A stretch of DNA of 64,000 nucleotides from Felis catus (lineage: Eukaryota): positions 127,722,001 through 127,786,000 of the forward strand of contig NC_058368.1 of NCBI RefSeq assembly GCF_018350175.1. The letters run 5' to 3'. The number at the start of each line of letters is the position of its first letter. The first letter of the stretch is position 1. Shown one piece after another: positions 13,310 to 26,296 of this stretch. A program made the position numbers and the translations under genes. A model generated the notes under the pieces. It saw nothing but the letters and a program-made list of their open reading frames with translations. It did no database searches and was not told the DNA's origin.

Positions 13310-13341
<32 letters not shown>
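13110..13341 (+). mobile_element. CAN-SINE with (CA)n tail
   Basis: TSD gaaaccagtccttt (13095-13108 and 13342-13355). Confidence 0.95.
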
Positions 13342-13644
13342 GAAACCAGTCCTTTCTTCTTTCAGATGCAGGAAAGCAAGGTTGCACTTGGTGATGGGAG
13401 ATGCATATCATCAATAAACTAGTTACATATTGTGATTAATATGATTATCACAGAGTAGTCTACCAATATAAAAATCACGTGGGCATATTACTAATGACCT
13501 ATGAAGATCAGGTCAATTAATCTGGTCTTTCCTTAATGACCAACAACGAGGCTGTAGGAGAGTCCATAATTGTTGATCTCCACATGCTTACGTCCCTGAT
13601 GGCTTTTAATCATTTAAGCAAATATGACAAGTAACAGGGATTAT

Positions 13645-14125
13645 GTCATTCATTCACTCAATGAATGATTATTGAGCACCAACTCACTGCCAAGAAATGC
13701 TCTAGTCACTTGGGATAGAGCAGTGAACAACACAATCAAGGCTGCTACAGTCTGAATTAAATGTAGTGAGATGCACAACACATAATAAATGTAAAAACAA
13801 ATAGTGAGGCATCCTATTCTGAGACTTAAAATTATGGATGTGCTAACAGGTTATTAAATGCTGCTTTAGATTGGGTTGCCAAGGAAGACCTCACTGAGTA
13901 AGTGACTTTTAAGCTCAGATACAAATGAGATAGAAAAACCAGTAATAGAGATCATTATAGAGGGAAAAACCCTCTATAATGGCTGGCATGGCGGCCTTTA
14001 TGAATTATTTGGCAGGTTCGAGTGAACAGGTATTAGATGACTGCACATGAGGGTAAATTAAGCCGGAAATTGTCAGGACATGAAGAATATTTTTCTTATC
14101 ATTATATGGAAGGTCTTGGATGAGA
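13645..14125 (-). mobile_element. L2 LINE fragment
   Basis: 'cattcattcactcaatgaatgattattgagcacc...gggttgccaaggaagacctcactgag'. Confidence 0.75.
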
Positions 14126-14197
14126 TCATTGGGAAAGACCATTTCCTACTAAAAAGAAATTCCAAAATTTCTATGGTCAGGGTGGTTCTGTTCATAC

Positions 14198-14317
14198 CAG
14201 GTGAACTTCTTTATGAAGCACTGAGTTTTTCAATTCCTTTAGTAGGAAATTCCCATAACCTGGAGAGCTACACCTCTGAACCAATGAAACTATAGACGTG
14301 ACAGCCGTTATAATGCT
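14198..14317 (-). other. Candidate 120-nt exon (SIITAVTSIVSLVQRCSSPGYGNFLLKELKNSVLHKEVHL), unverified
   Basis: Acceptor ttcttttcacttttctgtacccag, donor CTG|gtatga, open phase 0-0. Confidence 0.15.
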
Positions 14318-14734
14318 CTGGGTACAGAAAAGTGAAAAGAACTCCTTTCCATGTATGCGCCTGAGCCAGACAAACATGTTTGAAATTTTCATGAAAAAGA
14401 CTTCCAATGGAGAGAGAAAAAAGGGAGGCATAACAAAATTTAGGTTATTTTTATTTTTTTGTAGTCTGAAACCTTAATTATAAATATTAGAGCTTTTGTG
14501 GAAAGAAGTCAGGTAATTAATTCCTATAGCATTAAGATACTTAATTTCCAGAGTAGAGAAAATATATCACACTTGTGTGTATTCACCAGTATAATATATA
14601 TATATACATATATATGCATATATATGTATATATATATATGTGCATATATATGCATATATATATTACTGTATAAAAATTCTGAGTTAGAATTGACATGACT
14701 CCCACTTGTGTAATTCAGCTACAAAAGTGATTTA

Positions 14735-15901
14735 TTTAATTAAATAACTTATTTAATAAATATAAATAATTATTATATGTTCTAGGTACTAGACTATGAC
14801 ATAACCGTAACAAAATTCTTGTTATTCAACAGAAAGTAAATGAATAAACATATATTCTGATAACATATATATCAGGTCTATACATTCTGTGGGGAGAAAT
14901 AAAGGCATGGGAGTAAGGAATGTGGGATAGGAGAGTATGCAGCTTTACAAAATTTGGTCAGGAAAGCCCTCTATAAGGTGATATTTGAGCACAGACCTGA
15001 AGGAAATTAGGAAAAAGCTTTACAGGTGGAGTGGACTGTCACTGTAAAGTCCAGGAAGCAGAAGACAGCAAGGCGGCTTTTCTGTTTGGAGTGGGGTGAG
15101 TGAATGGCCTCGACTCAGAATGAAATGGAAGGTTTTGAGAAGAGAAATGGCATAGTCTGAGTTACACTCTTAAGAGGATCACACTGCGAACATCTGCCAT
15201 GTTGAAAACAGATGATGGAATAGCAAGTGTGAAGGTAGAAATACAAGGCAAAGCTATTTCAGTAATCCACCTGCAAATTTACTGAACAGACTGAAAGAAG
15301 TAGGCAGGAAGAGGGTAAGAAAAGTTAAGGTTTAGTTACATTTTGTTGATGTGATGGATGTGATGGTGTTATCAAAAGAAAAGAAACAGTCGCTAAATTG
15401 TTTGGCTTAGCAACTGGAATTATAATACTGCTATTTGGTGAGGTGGGGCCAGTGAGGGTGAAGCAGGTTTGGGGATGGTAATTCCAGAGTTTGTTTTAAG
15501 GTGTATTAAATTAGAGATACCTTTAGACTGCCCAGAGGAGTACTTGCGTTTGTATATGAGTGTGTTATATACACTTCTCCATAGAAATTCTGAATTAGAA
15601 TTGATATACTGTCTCCCTCTTATGGTTGGGGCCAGAGAAATAGGTTTGTGAATTATCCATCAGTGGATGACCAGCTAAGGTAGGACAACAAGGAGTGAAG
15701 GGACAAGTCTGAAGACTGAGTTGGGCAATTTAAAGGGAACCTGGGTGGCTCAGTTTGTTGAATCCAACTTCCGCTCAGGTCAAGATCTCAAGGCTTGTGA
15801 GTTCCAGCCAGCATTGAGCTGGCTGCTGTCAGTGCAGAGGCTGCTTCAGATCTTCTGTCCTCCTCTCTTTCTCTGCCCCTTCCTCACTTGTGCGTGCTCT
15901 G

Positions 15902-15942
<41 letters not shown>

Positions 15943-16175
15943 AATAAATAAATATTTAAAAAAGGGGGGGGGGAGGGACTGAAAAGGACACTGAGGAAAA
16001 CCCAGTGCATAGGAAGAGGAATAATAAATCATTGTGGAAACCAAGAGAAGGGATGGTCGCGTTACATATACAGTTATTGTGAAATTTATTATCAATAACT
16101 GACATTAGCTGGTGTTTAAAAGAATTCACTAACTTGTCAATGCTACATCTAGAGAACACTGGGGATAAGATTTTT
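14735..16175 (-). mobile_element. L2 LINE fragment containing a SINE and a local insertion
   Basis: Reverse L2 motifs 'ggtcaggaaagccctctataaggtgatatttgagcacagacctgaagga' and 'tttggcttagcaactgga'. Confidence 0.8.
15734..15963 (+). mobile_element. CAN-SINE
   Basis: 'ctgggtggctcagtttgttgaa...(CT)n aaaataaataaa'. Confidence 0.93.
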
Positions 16176-16433
16176 ACCAACTGCATATTTCAACACACCT
16201 TGGAAAGACAGCGGCTTGCCTTACTATTGGGATGGTTTGTTTTTGGCATGGAGACCACAATTTTACATTATTTCTGCTTTGCAATGTAAATAATTAGCAT
16301 GGTTCTTGTTTTGGGCACAATAATGTGAGACTGAACATCTACTCATACATTTTACCTCACAAGGGACTACCGTATTGCATTATGTTAGGATTGTATTGAT
16401 TTTTTTCCCCTCATATATGTGAGACTTATTCTT

Positions 16434-16539
16434 TTTAACTTTTTACTTTGAAACAACTATAAGCCCATAGGAAATTACAAAAATACTCCTGGGAGGGAGG
16501 TACCATGTGCCTCTGACCTATTTTCTCCCTAATAGTAAC
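16434..16539 (-). mobile_element. Short old LINE-1 3' end (L1MC-like)
   Basis: 'actttttactttgaaacaactataagcccatagga'; flanked by degenerate TSD atg(t/g)gagactta(tt/cc)ctt. Confidence 0.65.
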
Positions 16540-18887
16540 ATGGGAGACTTACCCTTAATAGTAAAAATGAGTAAACCATATATATCTCTGAAAGTAATTT
16601 TCATTTCTTTACAACTCATCTCTTTTTGATGATCTAAATTATATGGAGTATTACCACTCTAGAATAACAAAAGGGGGCATTTTGTCATATTCCTTAAAGA
16701 TCACACTGATCTAAAGCTGAAAGAGAGAATATTTATTTTTCAAAAAAACTTCCATATAAATTATTCCTCCTCACACTTTTTCTTCTTTCTTTAATTTTCT
16801 ACTCTCCAGAAGTGCATATTACCAGGTTTTTCTATTCTTTACCCTTGCTCATCACCCAACACAGCACCCCCCCCCCCAAATATGGGGAGCCAACCACAGA
16901 TTATAATCATGGAGAGATTTTTCTGAACTTTTACATTTGGAGAAGAAAAAAAATGGTGAACACTCTCCTGGAAACCCTGCCTGACATAGTAAGGCCTAAA
17001 CTAAATAGAAAATAATCGAGGCAACCAGCTCACATAATCAAATGAAAATACTATTTGGCAACTTGTACAAGAAAACGAAGGGGTGCCTATATATAACTGA
17101 ATTAAAAGAACAAGCTATTCTGCCTTTGTCATACTTTCACCAACAGTTTTCTTAATATGAGAAAAATATACTTCATGCAGCCAAGTTAAGGCAAAAACAG
17201 TATACTAAAGACCCAGGCATAAAGTGAACAATAAGAAATATACTCACTCTGGTCAAAACAATATGTGCCAGCTGCACTTGTCAAAAGGTAGGGATATGAG
17301 TTTACTCAGTATGAAATCAATGCATTTAATAACTAGAATCTGACAAGCCAATAGGATATACATATAATTTAGTATTAAAACCTGCTCAAATAACCATTAA
17401 TCAAATTGTTGTTCCATTATGAATTGTTATCAGTGATACTACATTTTCAATATGCTTTTTCTTAAGATGGCTCTGGATATTGCCAATATTTAGTAAATGT
17501 TTTCAGGAAGCACTGCAAACAAATTAGGAATATATTGTTTTTTGGAGACTTTTGAGATGAAAGAGATTACTTCTCAAAAAATGCCTATCCTTAACATACT
17601 ATTAAACAGAGGAGTGAAAGTCAAAGGAGAAGGAGAGGAAAAGCATATAGATTGAATTTAATACTGACATCTATGACTGGCTAGCACATTTAGGTAGCAC
17701 ATGGTGCTTCTGAGGCCAGTCAAAAGGCTTGATTTTGATATGTGTCACCTACCCTCATTCTGTTTCATGTTTCCAAGCTGAACTCCAGCCACCACCAGGT
17801 GACTCACGACTTAGCTGTTCTCAGTAGGAACCAGGCCAGAGGGTTTGTATGGATTAACACAAAGGCTGAACTACCTCTGGAAAAATGATTTTAAAGCATT
17901 TTATAGCAATTAATTAGTTACCTTGTCTAACAAGTGAAGGACAACGCATTACTTAGGAATCACAAGAAGCAGTGAAAGGACATTATACTTAGACACAGTA
18001 GACTGGATTTCAGGGCCAATTCTAGGGTCTCTAAATTCGTGACCTAAAATATATCAATTAACTCTCTGACTCTTAATGTCTTCACTCATTAATTCTTCCA
18101 TATTAATACTCTTTGAGTCTTACCCTGAACACTAACAGCATCACATAAAATGTGACATCACCCTTGTATTGCAAACCTCTGGAATATACTTGATGCTTGC
18201 TTAATAAGAATTTGTTGAATAAATTATTAGAATGAATTTGGACAAATGAAGCACACAATTCCAATGAAATTTATTTAGCTCAAATGACCATTTGTAAACA
18301 TTTAATGTAACCTAATATACTTGGCAATATATTATAGATCTTTATAATAAGATATAACATTTATTAAAATCATATAGCATACAATATAATATAATCACAT
18401 CTCCTCTTACAAATGGCTATAAATAATTAACATAACTGAAGTATGCTTATGCAGAAAATAATTCATCAATATTCTTCTAAACTTAAATCACTTTCTAAAA
18501 TGATAATCTAATGACCTATGATTTGATTTCATTACATACCTATTATGTAATCTAATGGACTATGGTTTTATTACATATATACATAATCAATTCTATTAAA
18601 CTATATATATATGTATACATATATATGTGTATATAATACATATACATATACATGTGTGTATGTGTATATATATGTGTGTGTGTATGTGTATATATACACG
18701 TATATAATGTTCTATAGAAAGGAAAAAATTATGAGACAAATTTGAGGAAAACACAACTTTATATATAATACTAATAAAAATGTAATCATAATTTTAATAA
18801 AATGATTTTCCAACATGATCTGGAAGATAACTAACATTTGTAAAAAATATTTATAGTTAATTTGGGACACATTTTAGCTCTGTTTTA

Positions 18888-18889
<2 letters not shown>

Positions 18890-18923
<34 letters not shown>

Positions 18924-18924
18924 T

Positions 18925-18958
<34 letters not shown>
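18890..18958. repeat. Compound microsatellite (GT)n(ATT)n
   Basis: Seen directly. Confidence 0.95.
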
Positions 18959-18959
<1 letters not shown>

Positions 18960-19085
18960 TTAAAGACACCTGTCTGTCCAGCAGTTAAACACAATTCAAA
19001 CAATTGTTTATTTAAAGTTTATTTTCTGACTTCCCAGAAATAATTCAAAAATATCTAAGACTGGAATAGATTTTCTTTTCTGGAA

Positions 19086-19642
19086 TGTGGTAGGCAAACA
19101 GTAAAGCACCCTCCCATGATATTCATAGCTTTGCATAATTCCCTCATCTTCAGTGTGGGTAAGAATTGTGACTTGCCTCTAACAAATAGAATATGGTAAA
19201 ATTAATGAACTACCTTTCTTGTGCTTGCTTATGTCATGTCCCATGAGACTCATGCTAGCAAATGTGCTCTCCTCTTCTTTTGCTTTGAAGAAATAAGCTG
19301 CCATGTTGTAAAGGGTCTATGGAGAAGGCTACCTGGGAACAACCTCAAGGAATTGATAATAACCTCTGGCTAATAGCCACCAAAAAGCCAGGACCCTCAG
19401 TCTCACAGCTGCAAAGAAATTAATTCTGCTGATAACATGAGTTAGCTTAGAAGGGGATCCAACCCAATTTGAGCCTCCAGATGATAATTGAGCCCTCGCT
19501 GACACCTTGATTACAACCTTACAGAGGACCCAGCTAAACCATGTCTGAACTCCTGACCCACAAGAACTATAAGATAATAAATGCATGTGTTTTAAACCAC
19601 TATATTTAAGGTAATTTGTTATAACGCAAAAAAATTTAATAC
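19086..19642 (+). mobile_element. MaLR solo LTR (MLT1E/F-like)
   Basis: TG start 'tgtggtaggc'; 'gtgacttgcctctaacaaatagaatatgg'; 3' part 'ctgacccacaagaactataagataataaatgc...gtaatttgttata'. Confidence 0.85.
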
Positions 19643-19700
19643 TTGGAATATTTGAGGAAGTGAAGTTGTTTTGACATGACTATCAAAGATAGACTAAAAA

Positions 19701-19740
<40 letters not shown>

Positions 19741-20445
19741 GCACATCACAGAAACATGAGCACACAGGCTATTTTTTTTTTAATAGCTGAATTTGGTAAC
19801 GACATCTTTTTTTGAAAACTGGTTGAAATCAAATTAAAAACTACTGCTGTCTGTTTACAGCTGGATATATTCCACAAACCACTTCCTAAGCCAGTTAGTA
19901 ACACCAACATCTCCTAAGTTTATATCCACAAGACAGTCAATTGCCAATCCTATTCTTCTTGGTTTTAGGATGAATGTTTAGAGTAAGGTTATGAGTATGT
20001 AGCAGGACTATATTACTCAATTCTCACCATCTTCCCTCTAACCTTAATCTTTTCTAAGGACCAATTACAATTCACAAAGACTTTCTGAGAGGTCTTTTCT
20101 TTTGTTAAATGTACTAGACACTGATAATCAAACAAGTTGGGTTAACTATAGCTGTGCTTTACTAAAAAATGTCTTCCCTCATTTAGCGAATTACTATTCA
20201 TTCTTAAATTCTGGTTAGATTCACATCATTTGAAAGCCTCTGTGGAACTCTGCTATCTAGTCTGATTTACATACTTTTCATCTGCAATTGAAGAGCGCTC
20301 CATACAAATCACTGGACCTGGTAATCACGCCATTTACTCCTCTATTTGTTCCTTATTGAGGAGAGACCTTGCCTATTTGTCTTCCCTCAGCTCAGTGCTT
20401 GGCACAGAGTAGACATTTAATGAATATTTAGGAACTTTTATTTTT

Positions 20446-20467
20446 AAAGGTTTTTTAATTCATTTAT

Positions 20468-20557
<90 letters not shown>

Positions 20558-20716
20558 TAGAGAGGAGGGCAGGGAGAAAAAGAGAGAATACCAAGCAGGC
20601 TCTGTGCTGATAGCACAGAGCCTAAAGCAGGACTTGATCCCACAAACCATGAGATCATGACCTGAGCCAAAAGCAAGAGTCAGACAGCTAATCAACTGAG
20701 CCACCCAGGTGGCCCT
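20446..20716 (-). mobile_element. CAN-SINE with internal (GA)n(GT)n
   Basis: SINE body; degenerate TSD gga(a/g)cttttat. Confidence 0.95.
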
Positions 20717-20860
20717 GGAGCTTTTATCTTTCCAAGTGGTTTTACATGTAAATGCACACACATTTTGACACTACAAATATTCAAGTAGTATTCTGGCAAA
20801 AATTAATTTTCAAATATGTTGGTTTCTTAAGCAGATGCTTTCTAATAACACTACCCCTTT

Positions 20861-21070
20861 TTAAAAAATTTTTTTTAACATTTAGTTATTTTTGAGAGAC
20901 AGTGATAGAGCACAAGCGGGTAAGGGAAAAGGAGAAAGGGAGACACAGAATCTGAAGAAGACTGCAGGCTCTGAGATGTCAGCACAGAGCCTCAGGTGAG
21001 ACTTGAACCCAGAACCACCCACGAACCTTGAGATCATGACCGCCTAACCGACTGAGCCACCCAGGTGCCC
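20861..21070 (-). mobile_element. CAN-SINE
   Basis: TSD taacact(ac/gt)cccttt. Confidence 0.95.
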
Positions 21071-21734
21071 TAACACTGTCCCTTTATTAAATGAAGTATA
21101 TATGTATGTCTTTAATGCACAGAGAAAATTGTAATTAACATTTTCTGACAACAAAAGATGCAGAAAAAAATAACTAGATTGAGATTACATAAAATGAACT
21201 TTTATTTATTTAAATGTTAAAAACATGAACTGAATCCATAAATATAATTCATATAAAACCTTAATATTGTGCTAGAGATGATAACCTATGATGGGGCATT
21301 GATGAGGCTCATGTAGACACAGATGTCTTTTACCTTGGCTCTTACCTAACTGTAACCCTGTCATCAGCTTCAAAATCCTATCCCAGTTTAAAACCTAGAT
21401 AACCCTATACAGACCTAGGCAATAACATAACAAAATGGATAAGTTAATTAGAAACAACTGGCAATTCTTATATCTGCCATTTCCTAAGCCCATACTTCAA
21501 AGAAAAATAGCTATATTTGTTCCTATATACTATTCTACTATCCCATGAAAACACCAACATGCTAGATGTACAATTCTCCTTTAATGTAAATGGACTCTGT
21601 TGAGGTATTTGATATTTGCAGCTAAAAATGCGTTAGAACACCTTTTTCAGCTAAACTATGGAGTGATTTTCGTCTCCCTAGCTTTGAACAAGTCATATGC
21701 AACATGAGAGTAAGTTAAAATTGACTTCATTATG

Positions 21735-21982
21735 AAATAGTGGTTAAGGGCACACAGCCCAGAGCTAGGTGACCAAGGTCTGAATGCTGACTCCACCACT
21801 TACTAGGTGTTTACTTTTCGTGAGCTACTTAACCTCTCTTTAGTTCCTTCATCTCTAAAGGGATAAGAAAAGTGCCTGCTTCGTAGGGTTGGTGAAAACA
21901 TTAAATAAGATAATGAGTAATATAATGCTAAGAAGAGTGCTTGGTGCATAAAAAGCCCTCACTAAACATTAGCTACTATTAA
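21735..21982 (+). mobile_element. MIR SINE (near full length)
   Basis: 'atagtggttaagggcac...gctacttaacctctct...taaacattagctactatt'. Confidence 0.85.
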
Positions 21983-23048
21983 CAGCCCATTTCATATATA
22001 GCCCCCTCTGATGGCAACATTTCAAAATGGACAGCAGAGCAAATGTAATCAGTGAAACATTATCATTAGTAGGGTTATGACAGATATAAAGGTTTAAGAT
22101 AATATATGTTTCCTACTGACAACCTGAGAAGTAATTTTGTTACTAAATATTTATCTTTAGATAATGGCATTGAAGTTATACCGGAAAATCAAAGACAAAA
22201 TAAAAATGAGCTAAAGCAAGACTACAGAGGATGAGGAAATGGCAATAGACAAGGAGAAGACTGGTTTCCTGAAGGAGACTGTGGATACAGAAAATATGGG
22301 AACCTACAGAAAACTAATAGAAAATAAAAAAAGGATATTTTAATTTTGTCTAGCCACACTTTCAAATAATCCTCCTTAAAGCATTTAGCTAGGTATTTGA
22401 AGGAAATATCAAAACTGAGATCTCAATAAGAGCTTACTTTCATCTTTAAAAAATAGTATATTCTATCTTATGACATGTTATCAGTATTAATAAAAATTCA
22501 AACCCTCACAGACATTAAGTTATACTAAGTAACACAGAATTTCATTTTGTGAATTTATGAGGACTTAACCCCTACTATAATCATAAAATGCATACAATGT
22601 AGCATTACTCTGAGTTCTCCATAGCATCTATTTTCAATAGTTTTGAGGTGAAATTACTGGTCTATACTGTTGAAAGATGATTAATAATATTCATTAAAAT
22701 GTTTAAGTAGAGGTTAGTTATACTTTTTTAGTGATTTATAATTTTATTCTAAGATCATAATCTCAAACATTTATCATGCACTTTCTCTTACATTGAATTC
22801 TTCCAAGGCCACACACAGTCCAAATATCTTACCTTCTTTATAAAATTACAGACACGACCTCATATATAAAAAATTCAAAATACTGCCCCATGTTTAAAAT
22901 AATTTAGGTTGAAATTAATGTATTTTTTAAACATATAAACTTATTTCTTGAAAAGGAAGAAAACAATAATGATTATTCCTATAATATTAATAATGCTGTT
23001 CATTCTCATTAAACATGAGGCCCAACTTTTGAAATGAAAAGTCAATAT

Positions 23049-23270
23049 GGGGCGCCTGGGTGGCTCAGTCGGTTAAGCGTCTGACTTCGGCTCAGATCAT
23101 GATCTCATGGTCCATGAGTTCGAGCCCTGCGTCAGGCTCTGTGCTGACAGCTCAGAGCCTGGAGCCTGCTTCAGATTCTGTGCCTCCCTCTCTCTCTGAC
23201 CCTCCCCCATTCATGCTCTCTCTCTCTGTCACAAAAATAAACATTAAAAAAATTTAAAAAAAAAAGAAAA
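23049..23270 (+). mobile_element. CAN-SINE (fairly young)
   Basis: 'ggggcgcctgggtggctcagtcggttaagcgtc' with several CpGs retained; A-tail. Confidence 0.97.
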
Positions 23271-23479
23271 GAAAAGTCTATGTTACTGTGAATTTCGACA
23301 ATAGGAAATGGAGTAGATCTGGAGACTATAGTCTCAAATATGTGAAACTAATTCCTAGAACACAGATTATTAACTGTATCACTGATAGCATTTCAAAGAG
23401 TATGTAGTAAACACTAGAGAGAACACTCAGGATAAGTCATGTCCAACTAACCTCATTCCCTTTTTTTTTTTTTTAATAG

Positions 23480-24560
23480 AATTTTAGCTTTGGTCAAGCT
23501 TTAAGATGTATTTATTATAGCATGATCCTGACAGCCTTCCACGACATCCTGATGGATAGAACTGCGAAATGTGACATGAATGGTAGTGCTTTTAGTTGAA
23601 TCAATTGCTGGTTACTGGTCGAATACAATGCTCAGATAGTATTGCTAAATAGCTTGGAATCAACTTGAAAACGTGACTCAAATGAAGTCCAGGATTTCAA
23701 CTGTATATTTTGTTCAATGACCTGGCTAAAGATAAGGAAGTCTAGTTTATTAACTTTGTAGATAATAGACAAACATAAATAATAAGAACAGTTTTGAAAA
23801 TTTTAATAGAAGGAACCAAAAAATTGAAATTCAACATGTATACTTATAAAGATCTACATTTTGCTAAAAGATATTACAAATTGTAATAAGAAATATTTGG
23901 CCTTATGCACTTTTTACAGGAAAAATAAATAAGCGGACCACAAAGTGACATAAATTACGGTTCACTGCAACTGTAAATAGTTAGACATCCTCGATGGCAT
24001 TCGAGGAGAAGACCACTCGAATTGGGGAAATGGCACTTCATTGTGCTCCCTGTTGGTCAAATTGTATATGGAGTATCATGGTCATTTCTAATTTATCATT
24101 TAATACTAAAAAACCACTAACAGCCCAGATAGGAAAACCCAAAATTTGGAAGAATAATAAAAACTATGCATAGTTGTGTCTGGTATTTACTAGTTCTAAA
24201 TACTTGTTGGTTGCATGGACACTTGATGGATGAATAAAAAGGAGGAAGGTTGGAAAGAAGGAATGGAAAATGGGGAGATAATGAAAAAATTAAGAATGGA
24301 TACACTGAAAAGGAAAAATATCAGGAATAGGAGTTACATGTTTTCATGGGACTTGACGAGCAGATGAAATAGAGGCCTGTTGTGATTCCAGAGAGCAACA
24401 CTAGCACCAACTGCCAGACATCATTACCAAGAGACAGATGAATGGGACATAAGGAATGACCACATATCAATGTCCTCCAACAGTGGACAAAGGTTCCTTG
24501 TAAAGTAACCAATCATTGAAGTATTAAAAAGAGTTGGGCTGGTCTTCAGTATAGGAATAC
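23480..24560 (+). mobile_element. CR1/L3 LINE relic (decayed RT region and 3' end)
   Basis: CR1-like motifs 'gacagccttccacgacatcctgatgga', 'ttcaatgacctgg...tttgtagataa', 'gaaattcaacatg'. Confidence 0.55.
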
Positions 24561-25951
24561 TAGAGGGTGAGTCAAACTCCAGAGAGGAACATGAAAAACC
24601 AAAGACTCTGCCTTCAGTTGTCCAGCTGGAAGACGGATATGACACAATTAGAAAATATATAGGTGATCACCATAATTGAGATATGGAAACATGGAAGATG
24701 TAGGCTTCAGTTGACATGAGGTTAGTAACACTTGAAATCAAAGGATGAGTCAATTTTCCTAGTTTGATGACATTGCATTTGATTGCATTTAAGCTATAGA
24801 TTCCCCTGCCTAAAGTTATTCTCCTTTCTGTGTTCAGTCCCTAGGCCACAACACATTTTCCTCTTTGGTTCTTACCTAACCTTTTTTCTATTTTATTTCT
24901 CTTTTGATCTCTTAAAATATCTTTCAAGATCCAGTTCAAATGTTCCCTCAAATACAGTCTTGCATCACTGCCTGACTCTCCTTTAACTTTTCTTCTTTCT
25001 ATCCCAAACCTAGTATAATAATTTGTAAACATATAATGTGAATGTGTTAAATACCATCCTGCATTTGTTCAACAGAATTCTTGTATTAGAATGTAAACTT
25101 GCAACCAGATAAAGCACCTTATAGCATAGTCTAATGCTACCAGTGTGGCTGTATTTGTATATACTGAAAGAAAGTATACATCAATTCTCATACTTTAAAA
25201 AGGCACATGTGTGAGAGAATATCAACAAAGTATATTGTCCATATGTGTTACTTGGAAATCTAGGAACTTGGAACTTTTTTTTCCCTTAACAGACAGCTTG
25301 ACTTGGTTTGATTCAAACGATGCTTCCTGAATTCAGGTGCAGGTGCTAATTAGTATTAAGTCAGTGAATCTAGAGAGAAAGGTAAATGGAGAACATATGG
25401 AAAAAGAAATGTCACCAAAACAAAGGTTTTGTTTGATGATATGCATGGTTTTAAACAGTTTGAAAATAAGAATTCAAGCCAGTGGATGGGAATGTTCTGT
25501 ATCTTTCATACTAAAATAAAGCCACCAAGACAAAGCATTTATTACTAAGAAATGTGATTGTCTAGTTGTTCACTGCTTGAATATTTATGAAGTTTACAGT
25601 CTGCATGTGGCATTTCCATAAACTGCCTTGATTAATGAATTTAATTGAAATGTTGTGAGCTTATTTCTTAAATTGTATTTCATTTTGTTTATGTGCTTGG
25701 TATAAAGTAAATTTTCAGAGTGAATAACGCTAAGTGGATATAAATCAGGTGACAAAGCTGTAGAACTATGTCATGTGAGAGGTGCATAAGTGAAGATGGC
25801 TGCACAAGTATAGAGTTTAACCAAAGTAAATGTGTGCAGGGCCTCTTACTAGACTCCATGAGCTAATCTATGAGTTGACTCAGAAGTTTATCCAGGGTAT
25901 ACAGTAAATAAGCACCAAGACTAAATATTAAAAATGAAAAGATTGATATTA

Positions 25952-26015
25952 TTATTTTTAATATAATTTATTGTCAAATTGGTTTCCATACAACACCCAG
26001 TGCTCATCCCAACAA
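25952..26015 (-). mobile_element. Ultra-truncated felid LINE-1 3' tip
   Basis: Reverse complement matches the L1 end at ~37450-37495; TSD gaaaa(g/t)attga(t/c)atta. Confidence 0.85.
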
Positions 26016-26077
26016 GAAAATATTGACATTAAATTCTTTAGATATACAGGATCCGATAGAGAGGGAATTTCACAACA

Positions 26078-26296
26078 TTTAATTTGTTAATTTTTTAAAT
26101 GTATTTTTGAGAGAGAGACAGAGACAGAGCATGAGCAGGGGAGGGGCAGAGAGAGAGGGAGACACAAAAACCAAAGCAGGCTCCAGGCTCTGAGCTGTCA
26201 GCATGGAGCCCAACGTGAGGCTCAAACCCATGAACCATGAGATCATGACCTGAGCCAAAGTCCAGTTCTTAATCAAATGAGCCACCCATGCACCCC
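26078..26296 (-). mobile_element. CAN-SINE
   Basis: Reverse SINE body. Confidence 0.95.

Noticed and set aside
22161..22343. Purine-rich, coding-looking stretch after an acceptor-like site (KTTEDEEMAIDKEK...)
   Set aside because: In-frame stop, no donor and no recognised homolog.
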